Below are positions 61,442 through 64,000 of a stretch of DNA of 64,000 nt, in pieces. The first letter of the stretch is position 1; each line of letters opens with the position of its first letter. The notes under the pieces are model-generated. The model did not search any database, was not told the origin of the DNA, and saw only the letters and a program-made list of their open reading frames with translations. This stretch comes from a bacterium (GTDB taxonomy: Bacteria > Patescibacteriota > Patescibacteriia > Patescibacteriales > UBA12465): positions 13,872 to 77,871 of the forward strand of contig JAUYNJ010000004.1 of NCBI GenBank assembly GCA_030696105.1, written 5' to 3'. Both the position numbers and the translations under genes were made by a program.

Positions 61442-64000
61442 TTACTTCGAACCGAGTAGTGGTTGTAATAAAACATCAGAATTTTTCTTTTTGCTTGAGC
61501 GATAATATATTAATTTAAAGGCTTCAGTGCTAGCGAGATACAAGGCGCAAATACCGAGTATCCATACGATGTATATTGGCTTAGGCGCTTCGAAGTGAAA
61601 GTACTTGGCCCCAAAGGCGGTAAACGGAATAAGAATCGCCATCGCTGCAGCGGGCAGGGTCAACCATAGTAAAGACTTGCCGGGGCGACGAGCGAAGAGG
61701 AAGAAGCGGCGACTACGAATTGAGAAGATAAATACAAGTTCAGTTAAGACACTCGCGATAAACCAATTTGTCTGTAAGGCTGCCGGCGAAATACGACTAA
61801 AAATCGCAAATGACATAAAGTCAAAAATAGTACTAATAACGCCCAAAGCCAGCGCGGCAATAATAATTTCTCTCGTATCATAGCGCTTCGGCGTCTTTAA
61901 CTCCTCATCATCTACCGTGTCGCCAGCGATGGCAATCATCGGAAAGTCGGAGAGTAGATTGAGTAAAAGGATCTGCAAAGGCAGCATCGGCAAGTAATTA
62001 ATCAGTAACGAGGCGATGGCCACGGCGTAAAAATTACCGAAGTTAGAGGCGAGCGTCGCTTTAATATACTTAATGCTATTTGCAAATATTGCCCTGCCCT
62101 CACGGATGCCGTCAATAATAATATTTAAATCATTTTCGAGCAGGATAATATCAGCCGCTTCGCGGGCAATATCAGAGGCATTATCAACTGCGAGTGACAC
62201 GCCCGCTGCTTTCAGTGCCGGCGCATCATTAATGCCGTCACCAAGATACCCGACGCTATATTTCGCCTGCAAGCGAGAAATTATCTCATGTTTTTCATCA
62301 GGAGCGACACGGGCGAATATATTATAATCCTCAAGGGCTTTAAGCTTCTCTTCCTCACTTAGAGTTGAAAAAACGGAAGCGAGCATAACTTCGCTCGGGC
62401 GCACACAGAGTCCAACCTCAACGCCCACCGCCCCCGCCACCTCAGCGCTATCACCGGTAATAATCTTTATTTTAATCCCTAGTTCGGCCGCTCGCGCAAC
62501 CGCCGAAATTGTACTTTCCTTTACCGGATCGGAAAAAGAAATAAGCCCAACAAATGTCATCTTTTTTTCTTGATCCCGGAAACGACTCGAAAAATCGTCA
62601 AAGTGTAATTTACTAATTTTTTTTGAGGCAAGGGCCAAAACGCGGCGACCCAAGGTGCCCTGCTTGCGTGCCCAAGCTTCTATTTTTTTAGCATCAGCTG
62701 CCGGACACATTGGCAATATTACCTCCAGCGCGCCACGCACCACAAATACCGCCTTCTTATCTTTCTCTGCTAATACATTATTGCGTAGAAATTTAGGATC
62801 AAACGGTGACTCAAATAATACTTTATAGTCGCCTAACCAATTCTGCCCACTACTCCCTGCCGCTAAGCGAATCGCCTGGTCGAAGGGATCATCATTTTCG
62901 ACGTCCGGACCAGAGGCAAGAAGGCCGAGTAACAGCGCTTCTTCTTTGCCCTGCGGCGTTAGTGCGTAGCGGTCGGCAACTCTTAACTTATTCTCGGTCA
63001 GGGTGCCGGTTTTATCAGAACAAAGAATTTCAATATTACCGAGGTCTTCAACGGCTGATAAGCGCTTCACGACCACTTTACGCTTCGCTAAGTTCGCCGC
63101 TCCTTTGGAAAAAGAAAAAGTCATCACGAGCGGTAAAGCTTCTGGAATCACACCGATAGCCAGCGCAATGCCAAACAATAAGAGCTCAGGCCAGTTGAGG
63201 TTGCCGCCCTTAATGACAAAGTTGAGGAGCAGTATAAAAGCCAGCGTCACTAAGACCAGCTTCATGATGAAGGAAGAAAACTTACTAATACCAACCTGAA
63301 AGCTACTGACACGCTTTGTGGAAGCCGCCAGACTCGCGATACGCCCAAACTCCGTGTGCTTCCCGGTCACCGTTACCATAGCCAGCGCCCTTCCAGAGAC
63401 AACTGCCGTACCAGCAAATACCATATTACTAGCTGTCGAAATATTTTTAGCTGCTTTAGACAATCTCTCTGCTTGCTTATAAATAGCCTCAGACTCTCCG
63501 GTTAACGCTGACTCATCAACGCTGAAATTATGAACTGAAAGAATACGCGCATCGGCTCCAATTTTATCACCGGTTTCCAGAATCACTACATCGCCCGAGA
63601 CAAGCTCGTCCATCGGGATGTTCGCCTCTTGCCCATCACGCATCACTTTTGAGCGCCAGGAGATTAATTTTGAAAGCATGCCCGCAGTTTTTTCCGAACG
63701 ATACTCCTGAAAAAAACCGAGCGCTGTATTGATAGCGATAAACAGAAAAATCATCACGCCTTCTGAATAATTCGTTAAGACCGCCGACAAAATCGCCGCG
63801 ACGAGCAACATGTAAATGAAGGGCGACTTAAGTTGCCTTAAAAAAATACGCCAAGCGCTGGTATGAATAACGCTAATAATATTGCGGCCGTCTTGTTCTA
63901 GTCTTTTTTGAGCCTCTTCCGTGCTAAGCCCATTCTCACTATTACTACCTTTTTGTTTGCATAAATCTAAAACATCTAAGGTTGCGTAATCTTGCCAAGC
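61442..64000 (-). CDS. cation-transporting P-type ATPase (P2/P3-like), N-terminus beyond the right window edge
   Basis: DKTGTLT (CSDKTGTLTENK), TGD, GDGINDAPALK. The frame stays open from 63811 to base 64000 (63 further codons, ...LSTEEAQKRLEQDGRNIISVIHTSAWRIFLRQLKSPFIY), so the ORF-track start is internal. Confidence 0.9.
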   Translation of the reverse strand, partial: AWQDYATLDVLDLCKQKGSNSENGLSTEEAQKRLEQDGRNIISVIHTSAWRIFLRQLKSPFIYMLLVAAILSAVLTNYSEGVMIFLFIAINTALGFFQEYRSEKTAGMLSKLISWRSKVMRDGQEANIPMDELVSGDVVILETGDKIGADARILSVHNFSVDESALTGESEAIYKQAERLSKAAKNISTASNMVFAGTAVVSGRALAMVTVTGKHTEFGRIASLAASTKRVSSFQVGISKFSSFIMKLVLVTLAFILLLNFVIKGGNLNWPELLLFGIALAIGVIPEALPLVMTFSFSKGAANLAKRKVVVKRLSAVEDLGNIEILCSDKTGTLTENKLRVADRYALTPQGKEEALLLGLLASGPDVENDDPFDQAIRLAAGSSGQNWLGDYKVLFESPFDPKFLRNNVLAEKDKKAVFVVRGALEVILPMCPAADAKKIEAWARKQGTLGRRVLALASKKISKLHFDDFSSRFRDQEKKMTFVGLISFSDPVKESTISAVARAAELGIKIKIITGDSAEVAGAVGVEVGLCVRPSEVMLASVFSTLSEEEKLKALEDYNIFARVAPDEKHEIISRLQAKYSVGYLGDGINDAPALKAAGVSLAVDNASDIAREAADIILLENDLNIIIDGIREGRAIFANSIKYIKATLASNFGNFYAVAIASLLINYLPMLPLQILLLNLLSDFPMIAIAGDTVDDEELKTPKRYDTREIIIAALALGVISTIFDFMSFAIFSRISPAALQTNWFIASVLTELVFIFSIRSRRFFLFARRPGKSLLWLTLPAAAMAILIPFTAFGAKYFHFEAPKPIYIVWILGICALYLASTEAFKLIYYRSSKKKNSDVLLQPLLGSK

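Noticed and set aside
1-64000. CRISPR arrays, DGR (TR/VR plus reverse transcriptase), integrases/transposases, alternative genetic code
   Set aside because: No regularly spaced direct repeats were seen. No RT, integrase or transposase motifs were seen in any ORF. Long housekeeping ORFs (dnaE, hppA, P-type ATPase) are uninterrupted with all three standard stops in use, so code 11 fits and code 4/25 is not needed.

Overview
The window reads as a contiguous bacterial chromosome segment under the standard genetic code. Long ORFs stay intact with TAA/TAG/TGA as stops. About 85% of genes are on the minus strand. The gene content looks like a small-genome CPR/Patescibacteria-type organism, but that is inference only because no similarity search was run. 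Supporting features are a sigma-70 gene next to a DUF5667-like gene, an O-antigen-ligase/TPR fusion, a giant S-layer-like protein, an H+-pyrophosphatase, a short malic enzyme and sparse metabolism. Core blocks at 0-31 kb and 45.5-64 kb carry rplY, a SEDS protein, a class I aldolase, dnaE, parBA, tRNA-Leu(CAA), mnmA, dtd, two GT4 glycosyltransferases plus a priming sugar transferase, RNase P RNA, a Zn/Mn ABC transporter, PIN-PhoH, ABC-F, rlmH, HU and a P-type ATPase. The stretch 31-45 kb is accessory. It holds four to five divergent small polytopic membrane-protein cassettes with reused promoter and terminator modules. It also holds an acidic disordered protein, a Cys-rich protein and a visibly AT-rich island (35.4-40.1 kb). 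The island encodes XRE + ImmA/IrrE, a DUF3761-type lipoprotein, a soluble KAP-family P-loop NTPase and an RNase H-fold protein with an unknown C-terminal domain. The RNase H + KAP pair is my best candidate for an undescribed, probably defence-type, system. Beyond the island lie an ~1175-aa S-layer-like gene with a ~650-nt ORF-poor GC-rich leader, and an odd 68-nt tRNA-like RNA with a G3:U70 pair. Several orphan promoter+terminator small-RNA candidates are reported. All protein calls rest on motif recognition by eye. No CRISPR array, integrase, transposase or reverse transcriptase was seen.
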